A stretch of DNA of 64,000 bases. Source: an uncultured bacterium. Its GTDB lineage: Bacteria > Patescibacteriota > Minisyncoccia > Moranbacterales > UBA2206. The position numbers were made by a program, and so were the translations under genes. Under the pieces are notes generated by a model. That model did no database searches and was not told where the DNA came from. It saw nothing but the letters and a program-made list of their open reading frames with translations. Shown in pieces: positions 29,297-38,163 of the stretch. The stretch covers positions 3,247 through 67,246 of the forward strand of contig CAIZXS010000001.1 in the NCBI GenBank assembly GCA_903937035.1, read 5' to 3'. Within the stretch, counting starts at the first letter, position 1. Each line of letters starts with the position of its first letter.

Positions 29297-29983
29297 ATGA
29301 AACACAAAACGAACAATTTAGGCGAACCAAAAAAGACCCCAGCCGTGGCGGTCGATACTTTGATTTTTTCTGTTATTGATAACAAATTAAAGATTCTTCT
29401 TATAAAAATCCTCGGTGGGGCGTATAAAAATAAATGGGCCATTCCGGGTGGACTCGTGGACACCAATGAGTCTCTTGAAAAGGCCGCTTCACGGATACTC
29501 TCGCAAAAAGCCGGCGTCGATGGAATTTACCTCGAACAGCTAGCTACTTTTGGCGACCCCAAAAGAGATTCGCGCGGGCACAGTGTGTCTGTCGCCTATT
29601 TCGCATTAGTCAATGACAAATTATTCTATCCAAAAACGACGGAATACTATGCAGACATCGCCTGGAAAAATGTGGACACCCTTCCGACAATGGCTTTTGA
29701 TCACAAAAAAATCATTGAGTATGGCAAAGAACGTTTAATGAGCAAACTCGCCTATTCAAACATCGCCTACGCCCTACTCCCCAAAGAATTCACACTGACG
29801 GAACTTCAATCTGTCTATGAAGCCGTGCTTGGCAAAGTTCTAGACAAGCGAAATTTTCGCAAGAAAGTTCAAGAAATTAAACTAGTAAAAGAAACTACGC
29901 GCACAAGACAACTAGGAGCAAACCGCCCCGCAAAGCTTTTCATTTTCACACAAAGACATCCAAGGATTATGGACATACTATGA
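29297..29983 (+). CDS. nrtR: Nudix-related transcriptional regulator of NAD metabolism
   Basis: N-terminal degenerate Nudix box (GGLVDTNESLEKAASRILSQKAG; REx2EE degenerated to RIx2QK) plus a C-terminal NrtR-type winged helix (FTLTELQSVYEAVLGKVLDKRNFRKK). Confidence 0.8.
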   Translation: MKHKTNNLGEPKKTPAVAVDTLIFSVIDNKLKILLIKILGGAYKNKWAIPGGLVDTNESLEKAASRILSQKAGVDGIYLEQLATFGDPKRDSRGHSVSVAYFALVNDKLFYPKTTEYYADIAWKNVDTLPTMAFDHKKIIEYGKERLMSKLAYSNIAYALLPKEFTLTELQSVYEAVLGKVLDKRNFRKKVQEIKLVKETTRTRQLGANRPAKLFIFTQRHPRIMDIL

Positions 29984-30022
29984 GTTGAAAAAACATACCC
30001 ATTAGCAAGAGCAAATAAAATC

Positions 30023-30046
30023 AAGGCCTTTTAAGGCCTTTTTTCC
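30023..30046 (+). terminator. rho-independent terminator after nrtR
   Basis: Stem AAGGCC/GGCCTT with loop TTTTAA, followed by TTTTCC. Confidence 0.55.
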
Positions 30047-30113
30047 TACTCATAAGCTATACTGATCAAGATATGTATGATATATTTAAAATATAAATAG
30101 ATAATAAAAAAAT

Positions 30114-30494
30114 ATGGATGAAAGAAATAACTTTGCAGAAGATATAAATCCAATAGAAACAAATAGCTATGGAACAATAAATTGGAAAAATAACACGTTC
30201 ACAAAAATATGCGGTCCAATAATCATCCTAATGATCATTGCTCATCGGCTGTTTTTGATGGCAAATAGCGACCCCGTTGGAGCAGAAGGAGCTGCGATGA
30301 CAGGGCTTCTTATGATTGCCATATTTGGCATTCCTCTCACTTTAATGCTACCGGCTTATTTAACATATCAATTTATCAAACGCAATGAATTGGATAAGTG
30401 GGATATTCTCATTTCAAGAATCATCCTAGGACTAATCTTCCTGACACTCTTGACCACACTAATACTCAGCCTTTTAGACCCTTATGCTTTTTAA
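30114..30494 (+). CDS. small polytopic membrane protein
   Basis: Three or four TM helices; no family recognised. Confidence 0.45.
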   Translation: MDERNNFAEDINPIETNSYGTINWKNNTFTKICGPIIILMIIAHRLFLMANSDPVGAEGAAMTGLLMIAIFGIPLTLMLPAYLTYQFIKRNELDKWDILISRIILGLIFLTLLTTLILSLLDPYAF

Positions 30495-30579
30495 TATACC
30501 AGTCCGATCTTAATCAAACGCTCAACAGAACACTGTGTCTGTTCGAGCGGTTTTCTTATTCCTAAATTCAAGTGATACG

Positions 30580-31008
30580 CTATTCCAAGCCACCTTCCTT
30601 GAAACAATGCACATATTTATGATCCATATTGAGAACGTGATCAGAAAACCAATTTTCTATAAAATCAACCAATTCTAGCAACTGCTCTTTTTCGCTATTT
30701 TTTTGAAAACTCGCAACCAACTCCCCTACTTTTTCATTGAAATCTTTATGTGCCTGAATGTGTTCATCTGCTCCGGCGTAATTAAATTGTTTGAAATATT
30801 TCTCCTCTGTCTCAAAATGAACTGTTTTGTACGCATCAATTTTTTCAATAATTGATGTGATCTCTTGATTTGCACTCCCAGGATATTCTCCAACTAGAGC
30901 AACAAGTTCATTCAAAATTTCGACCAACTCTTTGTGTTGGTCATCAATCTCTCTAACGCCAACACTAAAGCTATCATTCCACAAAAGCATTGCTTGTTGT
31001 TTCCCCAT
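30580..31008 (-). CDS. bacteriohemerythrin
   Basis: Hemerythrin HHE cation-binding pattern: W.D.FSVG..ID.QHK.L, H.E.EE.Y and H....HDF. Confidence 0.8.
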   Translation of the reverse strand: MGKQQAMLLWNDSFSVGVREIDDQHKELVEILNELVALVGEYPGSANQEITSIIEKIDAYKTVHFETEEKYFKQFNYAGADEHIQAHKDFNEKVGELVASFQKNSEKEQLLELVDFIENWFSDHVLNMDHKYVHCFKEGGLE

Positions 31009-31059
31009 ATTTTTTATTATTTATTTTTCATTATTAACTAGTCAAAAAAACAAGAAAAA

Positions 31060-31890
31060 TTATTCGTGCGTCACTTTCGCCTGATAGACAACAACTTCAC
31101 CATAATTATTTTCCGAGCACAAAGCGGCGGACTCCTCTCTTTGGCAATTTGACTGTGTATATACGCCAACCTTGAAATAGGCTTGCTTAACCTTTTTTGC
31201 CAGAACATATGCAGGCTCTGGATTATTGTTGTAATAAAGTTTCATTTCACCATTTCCTACCACAAATTTAACCGTGAACCGTTTGCCTAGGACATAGTCA
31301 TCATCTAAAGTAACAAGATTTGTCTTGCTGCGCGTAAGATAAAGTTTTTGACCCTCAAGCCGAATAACCAAAAGATCGCTATCATCACCATGGATTTGTC
31401 CGGCCACAACATCCGGCTTATTTTTCGGAGTGGCAGTAATCGCCTCGTCGAGAAAAAGCGTATGAGTGCCTGCGGACGATGACCAGAAAATTTCTTGCGC
31501 TCCCTTGTCTGTCATCTCCCGCAATTCTGAACGAGGATAGCTAGAATTTGAAGTTGTTGGCGCGTTGACAGCCGCCCGAAAAACAATTCCCTTCTTTTGT
31601 GGATCTAGCACAAACCAGGGGCTTAGTTGATATTTCGCTAACTCAGGCTGGCGAATTTCCAGCGGCTGCGTCAAATCATCGGGAGACACGATTGGCAAGG
31701 TCAATTTCCAATTAGTCAAATCCGGTAATTGGGAAGAATTGCCCTGATCAGGCTGCTGAGACAACGTAGACTTGAAAAAGGGAGGCAAAGCGATTGACTG
31801 TTTCTTACGCAAAAAAATGACAATAACAAGAACTCCAGCCAGAAGCAAGAAAACTGTCACTCCAAAAATGAACCACTTTCTATTAGACAT
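31060..31890 (-). CDS. polysaccharide lyase family 7 (alginate-lyase-like), membrane-anchored
   Basis: All three PL7 signature blocks are present (RSELREM, QIHGDD, YFKVGVYTQS) after an N-terminal TM anchor. Confidence 0.7.
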   Translation of the reverse strand: MSNRKWFIFGVTVFLLLAGVLVIVIFLRKKQSIALPPFFKSTLSQQPDQGNSSQLPDLTNWKLTLPIVSPDDLTQPLEIRQPELAKYQLSPWFVLDPQKKGIVFRAAVNAPTTSNSSYPRSELREMTDKGAQEIFWSSSAGTHTLFLDEAITATPKNKPDVVAGQIHGDDSDLLVIRLEGQKLYLTRSKTNLVTLDDDYVLGKRFTVKFVVGNGEMKLYYNNNPEPAYVLAKKVKQAYFKVGVYTQSNCQREESAALCSENNYGEVVVYQAKVTHE

Positions 31891-32047
31891 ACCACTATTT
31901 TTAAAGCTTGCTATGATTTATTATAAAACGTAACAATTTTACATGCAAGGCTTGCTTTTTCCTCAAAAAGGGTGTATAATAGAAGGGTAATATAATAGTG
32001 TTTCAAAAGCGGGTGATGCCGCTTTTTGCTTTATATTAAACAAAAAT

Positions 32048-32752
32048 ATGCCAAAACTAAAACAAAAACTCAAAAAATTGATAGACCAGGCGAAATCCCA
32101 AAAAACCGCTTATTTTAAGCTTTTATCACAAAAAATGAATTTTGTTGCTGAAAACATCAAAAATAGCATCAAGCTGGGAGGACTCAGCGAGCACCAAGCC
32201 AAAAGCCTGGTTTTGATTTTCCTGATTGCCTTCACTGGCTTTGTGATTTTATTTAGACAATACTACAGTGAAAACTTCTTTCCACAAAAAAACTACGTTG
32301 AAAAAAAGAATCCGAAAGAAATTGAAAAAGAAAAATTAAGAAAAGATCTTAGTGTTCTTGTAAAGGGTCATCCGATTGAAATGATGGTTCCTTACATTGC
32401 AAAGCAGGACCGAGTTACAGCCGCCTATTTAATTGGGATTGCCAAAAAAGAAAGTAACTGGGGAAAGAGACGCCCGATACTTGCAGGACAAGATTGCTAT
32501 AATTATTGGGGCTTCAGAGCGCAGCGGGAACGAATGGGTAGCGGAGGTCACACTTGTTTTGATAATCCACGTGAAGCCGTCGATGTTGTTGCAAGAAGAA
32601 TCGCTGAAATCATCGAACGCAACGACGCCCAGTCAGCGCGTGACATGCTTGTTTGGAAGTGTGGTTCAGATTGTTCGGTGACGGGTGGACAAAGAGACGC
32701 TGATAAGTGGGCACTTGATGTTGATTTTTATGCAGAAAAAATACTCAATTAG
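32048..32752 (+). CDS. membrane-anchored protein, possible GH73-like peptidoglycan hydrolase
   Basis: N-terminal TM segment. AKKESNWGKRRP and YNYWGFRAQ resemble the GH73 E-S-G-W-G and YNYFGIK blocks, but the match is weak. Confidence 0.35.
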   Translation: MPKLKQKLKKLIDQAKSQKTAYFKLLSQKMNFVAENIKNSIKLGGLSEHQAKSLVLIFLIAFTGFVILFRQYYSENFFPQKNYVEKKNPKEIEKEKLRKDLSVLVKGHPIEMMVPYIAKQDRVTAAYLIGIAKKESNWGKRRPILAGQDCYNYWGFRAQRERMGSGGHTCFDNPREAVDVVARRIAEIIERNDAQSARDMLVWKCGSDCSVTGGQRDADKWALDVDFYAEKILN

Positions 32753-32882
32753 CAGGGGGGCCTCTTACTAATAAAGAAATTTGGAGCCACATTGACAGAC
32801 TAACTGAAATATGTTAGTCTGTTTTATTGTCCACAGAAAAAATTCTGTTTTAACAACAATAATAACAACGGGGGGATGAAAA

Positions 32883-33689
32883 ATGGAAATCATGATTAAT
32901 GATCCGGAGATCGAAAGCTACTGGCCAATCAGCTCATTTCGAGAAACTTATCAGCAGGTGGCTGGCAAAAACATCTGTAAATGCCTTGCCATTACTGAGG
33001 ACAATGGAAGGATTGATCCGGAAGCTATAGTCGTAATCGTTCGTCTCTTTATTGAAAATGGCGAACGAGCGAGAAAGGATCAGAAATATGTTGTCTGTCT
33101 TCGCTTTTATAACTTCGGAGAGATGGCTACGCTTGACATTATCAGCCAAGATAAACCCAATCATCGTGACATTCTAAAAGATCACGCGATTCGGATGAAC
33201 TGGCTATCTCCAGAATTAAGCACTGGAGCAAATGCTTTCGCGGAGTCATTTAAAATGCCGGCAATTGCCGTTGGTGCACATTTGCGAGTTGGCGATAGTA
33301 ACGCCATTGTGCCATTTGGTGATAGCGGAGATTTTGGCAACAACCTCATTGGATTCGGTGCTAATGATGTTACGGAACATATCGCTACTCTTTGTAGTCT
33401 GGGCAAAAATAACGCCAATGGACTGCAATTCGTCAAAACACTAACAACCTTCATGCTGCAAAACAAAGAGCGAGACAACTTCTATGAATTGTTCGTTAAG
33501 CACTGTGTAGCAAGCAAGATGTCTTCGCAAAATTATGCGGGGCTTCTCATGATGAAAGTACTCGACAGAACAGTAAGGGAAAGTTCCAATAATCTGCTCT
33601 CCATCCTTGTCGATGAATTGACAGGCGAATTTGGTGGAAGCTGCATCGTCATCGGCGCCGCACACAACATGAAGATGAAGGGTGGCTAA
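32883..33689 (+). CDS. hypothetical protein
   Basis: 268-aa ORF with no recognisable family, followed by a strong terminator. Confidence 0.45.
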   Translation: MEIMINDPEIESYWPISSFRETYQQVAGKNICKCLAITEDNGRIDPEAIVVIVRLFIENGERARKDQKYVVCLRFYNFGEMATLDIISQDKPNHRDILKDHAIRMNWLSPELSTGANAFAESFKMPAIAVGAHLRVGDSNAIVPFGDSGDFGNNLIGFGANDVTEHIATLCSLGKNNANGLQFVKTLTTFMLQNKERDNFYELFVKHCVASKMSSQNYAGLLMMKVLDRTVRESSNNLLSILVDELTGEFGGSCIVIGAAHNMKMKGG

Positions 33690-33707
33690 AAAGCCACGGC
33701 TTCATCT

Positions 33708-33752
33708 GAAGACCAGAAACTATCGTAATAGTTTCTGGTCTTCTTTGTTTTT
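33708..33752 (+). terminator. rho-independent terminator (16-bp perfect stem)
   Basis: Stem GAAGACCAGAAACTAT/ATAGTTTCTGGTCTTC with loop CGTA, followed by TTTGTTTTT. Confidence 0.8.
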
Positions 33753-33789
33753 AGCCTCACACAGTAAAGCACATTCACAAAATAGACAA

Positions 33790-33830
33790 ACAAAAAACTC
33801 TCGAAGCCCTAAAGCCCGAGAGTTTTTTTA
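33790..33830. terminator. bidirectional terminator (serves csp on the minus strand)
   Basis: Stem AACTCTCG/CGAGAGTT flanked by an A-run on one side and a T-run on the other. Confidence 0.6.
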
Positions 33831-33847
33831 AAGTTTACCTAAGATAC

Positions 33848-34045
33848 TTAGGCGCGCTTAACGTTGATTGCATTCAAACCCTTTGGGGATTCTTCTGAAT
33901 CAAAAGAAACTTGGTCACCTTCTTGGATTTCGTCAAATGTAACGTCAACCAAAGAATTGCTGTGGAAGAATAAATCCTTACCCAATTCTGGAGAAGTGAT
34001 GAAACCGAAACCTTTGTCAGTTTTTTTCTTTATTGTACCGATCAT
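33848..34045 (-). CDS. cspA: cold-shock protein
   Basis: Cold-shock domain with RNP motifs KGFGFI and VFFHS-like (LFFHSN). Confidence 0.9.
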   Translation of the reverse strand: MIGTIKKKTDKGFGFITSPELGKDLFFHSNSLVDVTFDEIQEGDQVSFDSEESPKGLNAINVKRA

Positions 34046-34285
34046 ACTTTTTTCGTTTGTAATTAATAACCTCGTGTATTGCGTGAAGCTCGACGACTTT
34101 TCACTTCTCTTAGCTTAGCACACAACACAAGTTTGGTCAATGACTAACGCAAACTAAACTTAATCCCATTTTAAGCTCAGTTTAGGACTCAAATAGGCCA
34201 GATTCCTATTTGTACAGTCCTCACATTTTAAAATAGAAAAGAGATGAATGAAAAACTCATAGTTTCATAGCATGACTACATGATA

Positions 34286-34294
34286 TGCTATAAT
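34286..34294 (+). promoter_or_regulatory. extended -10 promoter element (TGCTATAAT) upstream of the pilB-like gene
   Basis: TGnTATAAT lies 35 nt upstream of the ATG at 34329. Confidence 0.4.
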
Positions 34295-34328
34295 ATTAAA
34301 ATAAGTACAATTTAAATATCAAAACAAT

Positions 34329-35531
34329 ATGGACACGCCAGAAAAAGAAAAGACCGCAAAAGAACTGACGCCAACTGAGGCAATCAATGTCATCATCCAA
34401 GAGGCTTTCCTCGCCGGAGCTTCCGACATTCATATAGAACCGCTTAAAGATAAGGTTAGAATCCGCTTTAGAATAAACGGAGACATTATAGACACACAAA
34501 CAATATCGACCGAGAAAGCTTCGCTCATATTTAATTCACTGAAAGTCATGGCTAACCTCCCCTATCAGACATCAGAGCTGCCTGAGGATGGACATTTTTC
34601 AGCCGATTTTCTTAATTCTGAAAATAAATACGAGAACGTCGATATTCGACTTTCCGTTTTTCCCACGATAAACGGAAGCGCCGTTGTTTTGCGAATTCTT
34701 AACCGCGCAGAAATCCTACTCTCCATGAAAGATCTTGGCATGAGCAATGATGACCTCATAAAACTCAAGCGTCTTTCTATGCGAGGCTATGGTATGATCC
34801 TCATAAACGGTCCTGTTGGTTCCGGAAAAACAACAACCATGTATTCAATCATCCTAGAACTTAGCCAGCACGATAACAAAAAAAATATCATCACACTGGA
34901 AGATCCAATCGAATATAATTTTGAATTCATCCGTCAAAGTCAGATAAAATCAGAAATCGGCTTCACCTTTGCAGAAGGAATGAAAGCCATTCTTCGCCAA
35001 GACCCAGATGTTATTATGATTGGCGAAATTCGTGATCCTGAAACCGCTGCCTATGCTGTGGGGGCGGCTCTCTCTGGAAGAAGCGTTTTCTCCACAATCC
35101 ATGCTAACTCCGCAATAGGCACTCTAGCTCGACTTGTTGATTTGAAAATTGAACGTGGGCTCATCTGCTATGTCCTCAATGGAACAATCGCACAAAGGCT
35201 TGTGAAAAAAATTTGTCCAGCGTGCAAGCAAGATGACACTCCGCCACTTGAATTCATCCACATGCTCGGACTAGAAAATGAACGCGTCAATTACAAAAAA
35301 GGGGCTGGCTGTCCAAAATGTAAAAATACGGGCTTCATTGGCAGAACAGGAATTTTTGAAATTTTGGAATTTAATGATGAAATAAGGTCGGCTATCATTG
35401 AAAAAAATCCCATCAGTGAGATAATTTCAATTGCCAGAAAATCTGGCTTTAAAACGCTCCTTGAAGATGCTGTCAATAAAATAAGAGAAGGCGAAACAAC
35501 AGTCGAAGAAGTGATAAAAATAGTTTTATAG
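34329..35531 (+). CDS. type II secretion / type IV pilus assembly ATPase (GspE/PilB family, short form)
   Basis: Walker A GPVGSGKTTT, Asp box, His box and C-terminal tetracysteine CPACx(n)CPKC; 400 aa, lacking the N1 domain. Confidence 0.8.
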   Translation: MDTPEKEKTAKELTPTEAINVIIQEAFLAGASDIHIEPLKDKVRIRFRINGDIIDTQTISTEKASLIFNSLKVMANLPYQTSELPEDGHFSADFLNSENKYENVDIRLSVFPTINGSAVVLRILNRAEILLSMKDLGMSNDDLIKLKRLSMRGYGMILINGPVGSGKTTTMYSIILELSQHDNKKNIITLEDPIEYNFEFIRQSQIKSEIGFTFAEGMKAILRQDPDVIMIGEIRDPETAAYAVGAALSGRSVFSTIHANSAIGTLARLVDLKIERGLICYVLNGTIAQRLVKKICPACKQDDTPPLEFIHMLGLENERVNYKKGAGCPKCKNTGFIGRTGIFEILEFNDEIRSAIIEKNPISEIISIARKSGFKTLLEDAVNKIREGETTVEEVIKIVL

Positions 35532-35553
35532 AGCCATCCATCCTCTCTACATT

Positions 35554-35592
35554 AAAAGTCCCCCTGGTTACTTTGACCAGTGGGACTTTTAA
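35554..35592 (+). terminator. rho-independent terminator
   Basis: Stem AAAAGTCCC...GGGACTTTT with an inner CTGGT/ACCAG helix. Confidence 0.55.
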
Positions 35593-35643
35593 GTTATCGC
35601 CAATTAATAACATAGATGGAACATTTAAAATTAATATGCTAGA

Positions 35644-38082
35644 ATGGAAAACATGGAAATTAGCAAAAAATTAGCCAAAAATAGACGTTGGGATATATTG
35701 GGGATTGGCAGTCCCCTGCTTGACATTGTCATAAATATTAATGAGGAAATGCTCAAAAGCCTTGCGCTCAAAAAAGGCTCCATGAACCTGATTACCAAAA
35801 AAGAAGGCCAAGCCATCCTCAAAAAATTTGACCATAAAAAGCAAAGATTGGCACTAGGTGGAAGCGCATCAAATACACTTTTGGGCGCGAGTCTTCTAGG
35901 GAGTTCTGTCTCTTTTTTGGGAATGACCGGAAAGGATGCGCATGGAAAAATGTACAAAGAAAAAATAGAAAAAGAGGGAGTTTTCACACACCTTTCCGAG
36001 CATGCTAGCGACGCAACGGGGCATGTCATCATCCTCATCACACCAGACGGAGAAAGAACCATGCTACCTCATCTGGGGGCAGCGCTTAATTTTGCCAAAG
36101 AACATATCCGCGAAGATGAAATCAAAAACAGTAAAATTTTACATATTGAAGCATATCAGTTGGAAAATGAAGCAAGTCGGCACGCAGTTTTACACGCAGT
36201 AAAAATTGCAAAAAATAACCAAACGCTAGTTTCACTTGATCTTTCCGACACAGGACTGATTAAAAGAAACAAGGATCTTTTTAAATATTTTGTAAAAGAG
36301 CATATCGATATCGTATTTGCAAATGAAGATGAGGCGATGGAATTTTCTAGTAAAAACGACGCGCGCGCAGCTCTGCATGATATAGCGGGAATTTGTACTA
36401 TTGCAGTGGTCAAATTAGGCGCTAAGGGAAGCTTAATTAAAGAGGGTCAAAAAGTTTTTGAGATTGATCCATGCCCAGTAGACATGATAAATACCAATGG
36501 CGCGGGAGATATGTACGCAGCGGGAATCCTGCATGGCCTAATTAACAACCTAAACATGCAGACTGCGGGAGAAATGGCTAGCCACCTGTCAGCCCTGGTC
36601 GTCTCGAGTGTTGGCGCACAACTAGATAAGATACATCTTAAGTCAATTAATAAATATAAGAATATGAAAATGGAAAAAGAACTGGATTACAAAATTAGTG
36701 ACATGAGTCTCGCAGAATATGGACGAAAAGAAATTATCATTGCGGAAAAAGAAATGCCCGGCCTCATGGCTCTGCGAAAAAAATTTAGCAAAATTAAGCC
36801 ACTGAAAGATGCGCGAATTTTGGGAAGTTTACACATGACCATTCAAACCGCAGTTCTCATTGAAACTCTTGTCGAGCTTGGAGCTCAAGTGCGCTGGGTA
36901 TCTTGTAACATTTTTTCTACCCAGGACCACGCGGCGGCGGCGATTGCAAAGGCAGGAATTCCTGTTTTTGCTTGGAAAGGTGAAACACTGGAAGAATATT
37001 GGTGGTGCACAGAGCAAGCCTTTAAGTTCAAAGGTAACAAGGGACCAAATTTAATTGTCGATGATGGAAGCGACGCGACACTCATGCTTCATCTTGGAGT
37101 AGAAATCGAAAAAGATCCAAAAATTCTCAAAAAAGATTATTCCAAAAAAGGTGAGGATGAAAAAGAGCTGATGAAAATTCTTGCAAGAATCCACAAAGAA
37201 AATCCAATCTTTTGGAGCAAAATCATCAAAGATGTTAAAGGTGTTTCAGAAGAAACAACCACGGGCGTGCACCGACTCTATCAAATGTTTGAGCAAAAAA
37301 GACTCCTCTTCCCCGCCATCAACGTGAATGACTCAGTCACAAAAAGCAAATTTGATAATCTCTATGGTTGCCGAGAAAGCTTGGCTGACGGAATCAAGCG
37401 TGGAACAGATGTAATGGTGGCCGGAAAAGTTGTAGTTGTTTGTGGTTATGGTGATGTGGGAAAAGGTTGCGCGGGAAGCATGAAAGGCTTTGGCGCGCGC
37501 GTCATCATCACTGAAATCGACCCTATTTGCGCCTTGCAAGCTGCTATGGAGGGATTCGCAGTAAAAACAATTGAAGAGACTCTTTTTGAAGGAGACATTT
37601 TCGTGACCACAACTGGCAACCGAGATATCATCACAATAGCGCATATGGAGAAAATGAAAGATGAAGCGATTGTATGCAATATTGGACACTTTGATAATGA
37701 AATTCAAGTTGAAAAATTGGAAAAATATAAAGGCATCAAAGAAATCAACATCAAGCCTCAGGTGGACAAATTTGTCTTTCCTGATGGACACGCCATTGTA
37801 CTGCTTTCAAGAGGACGCTTGGTGAATCTGGGAAATGCGACTGGTCATCCAAGTTTTGTAATGAGCGCGTCTTTTACCAATCAAGTCCTAGCGCAAATGG
37901 AACTTTGGGAAAATAAATATGCAATTGGTGTTTATACTTTGCCAAAAAAATTAGACGAAGAAGTCGCGCGACTGCACTTAAAAAAGCTTGGCGTATCTTT
38001 GACAAAACTAACCAAGCTTCAAGCTGACTATATTAATGTGCCAACGGAAGGTCCCTATAAAGCAGAGCGTTATCGTTATTAA
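35644..38082 (+). CDS. ahcY: adenosine kinase (PfkB family) fused in-frame to S-adenosyl-L-homocysteine hydrolase
   Basis: Residues 1-~335 match adenosine kinase: [12 protein letters not shown], the GG dipeptide (ALGGSASN) and anion hole [14 protein letters not shown]. Residues ~340-812 are a complete SAHH: [33 protein letters not shown]-binding [14 protein letters not shown] and C-terminal YRY. The reading frame is continuous with no stop between the halves. Confidence 0.85.
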   Translation: MENMEISKKLAKNRRWDILGIGSPLLDIVININEEMLKSLALKKGSMNLITKKEGQAILKKFDHKKQRLALGGSASNTLLGASLLGSSVSFLGMTGKDAHGKMYKEKIEKEGVFTHLSEHASDATGHVIILITPDGERTMLPHLGAALNFAKEHIREDEIKNSKILHIEAYQLENEASRHAVLHAVKIAKNNQTLVSLDLSDTGLIKRNKDLFKYFVKEHIDIVFANEDEAMEFSSKNDARAALHDIAGICTIAVVKLGAKGSLIKEGQKVFEIDPCPVDMINTNGAGDMYAAGILHGLINNLNMQTAGEMASHLSALVVSSVGAQLDKIHLKSINKYKNMKMEKELDYKISDMSLAEYGRKEIIIAEKEMPGLMALRKKFSKIKPLKDARILGSLHMTIQTAVLIETLVELGAQVRWVSCNIFSTQDHAAAAIAKAGIPVFAWKGETLEEYWWCTEQAFKFKGNKGPNLIVDDGSDATLMLHLGVEIEKDPKILKKDYSKKGEDEKELMKILARIHKENPIFWSKIIKDVKGVSEETTTGVHRLYQMFEQKRLLFPAINVNDSVTKSKFDNLYGCRESLADGIKRGTDVMVAGKVVVVCGYGDVGKGCAGSMKGFGARVIITEIDPICALQAAMEGFAVKTIEETLFEGDIFVTTTGNRDIITIAHMEKMKDEAIVCNIGHFDNEIQVEKLEKYKGIKEINIKPQVDKFVFPDGHAIVLLSRGRLVNLGNATGHPSFVMSASFTNQVLAQMELWENKYAIGVYTLPKKLDEEVARLHLKKLGVSLTKLTKLQADYINVPTEGPYKAERYRY

Positions 38083-38163
38083 AATTCTGCTTGAAAAACT
38101 ATTTCGTATTTATTTATTTTTATGCTATAATAAATAGGAAATAAAAAACTTATTCTTTCGTCA

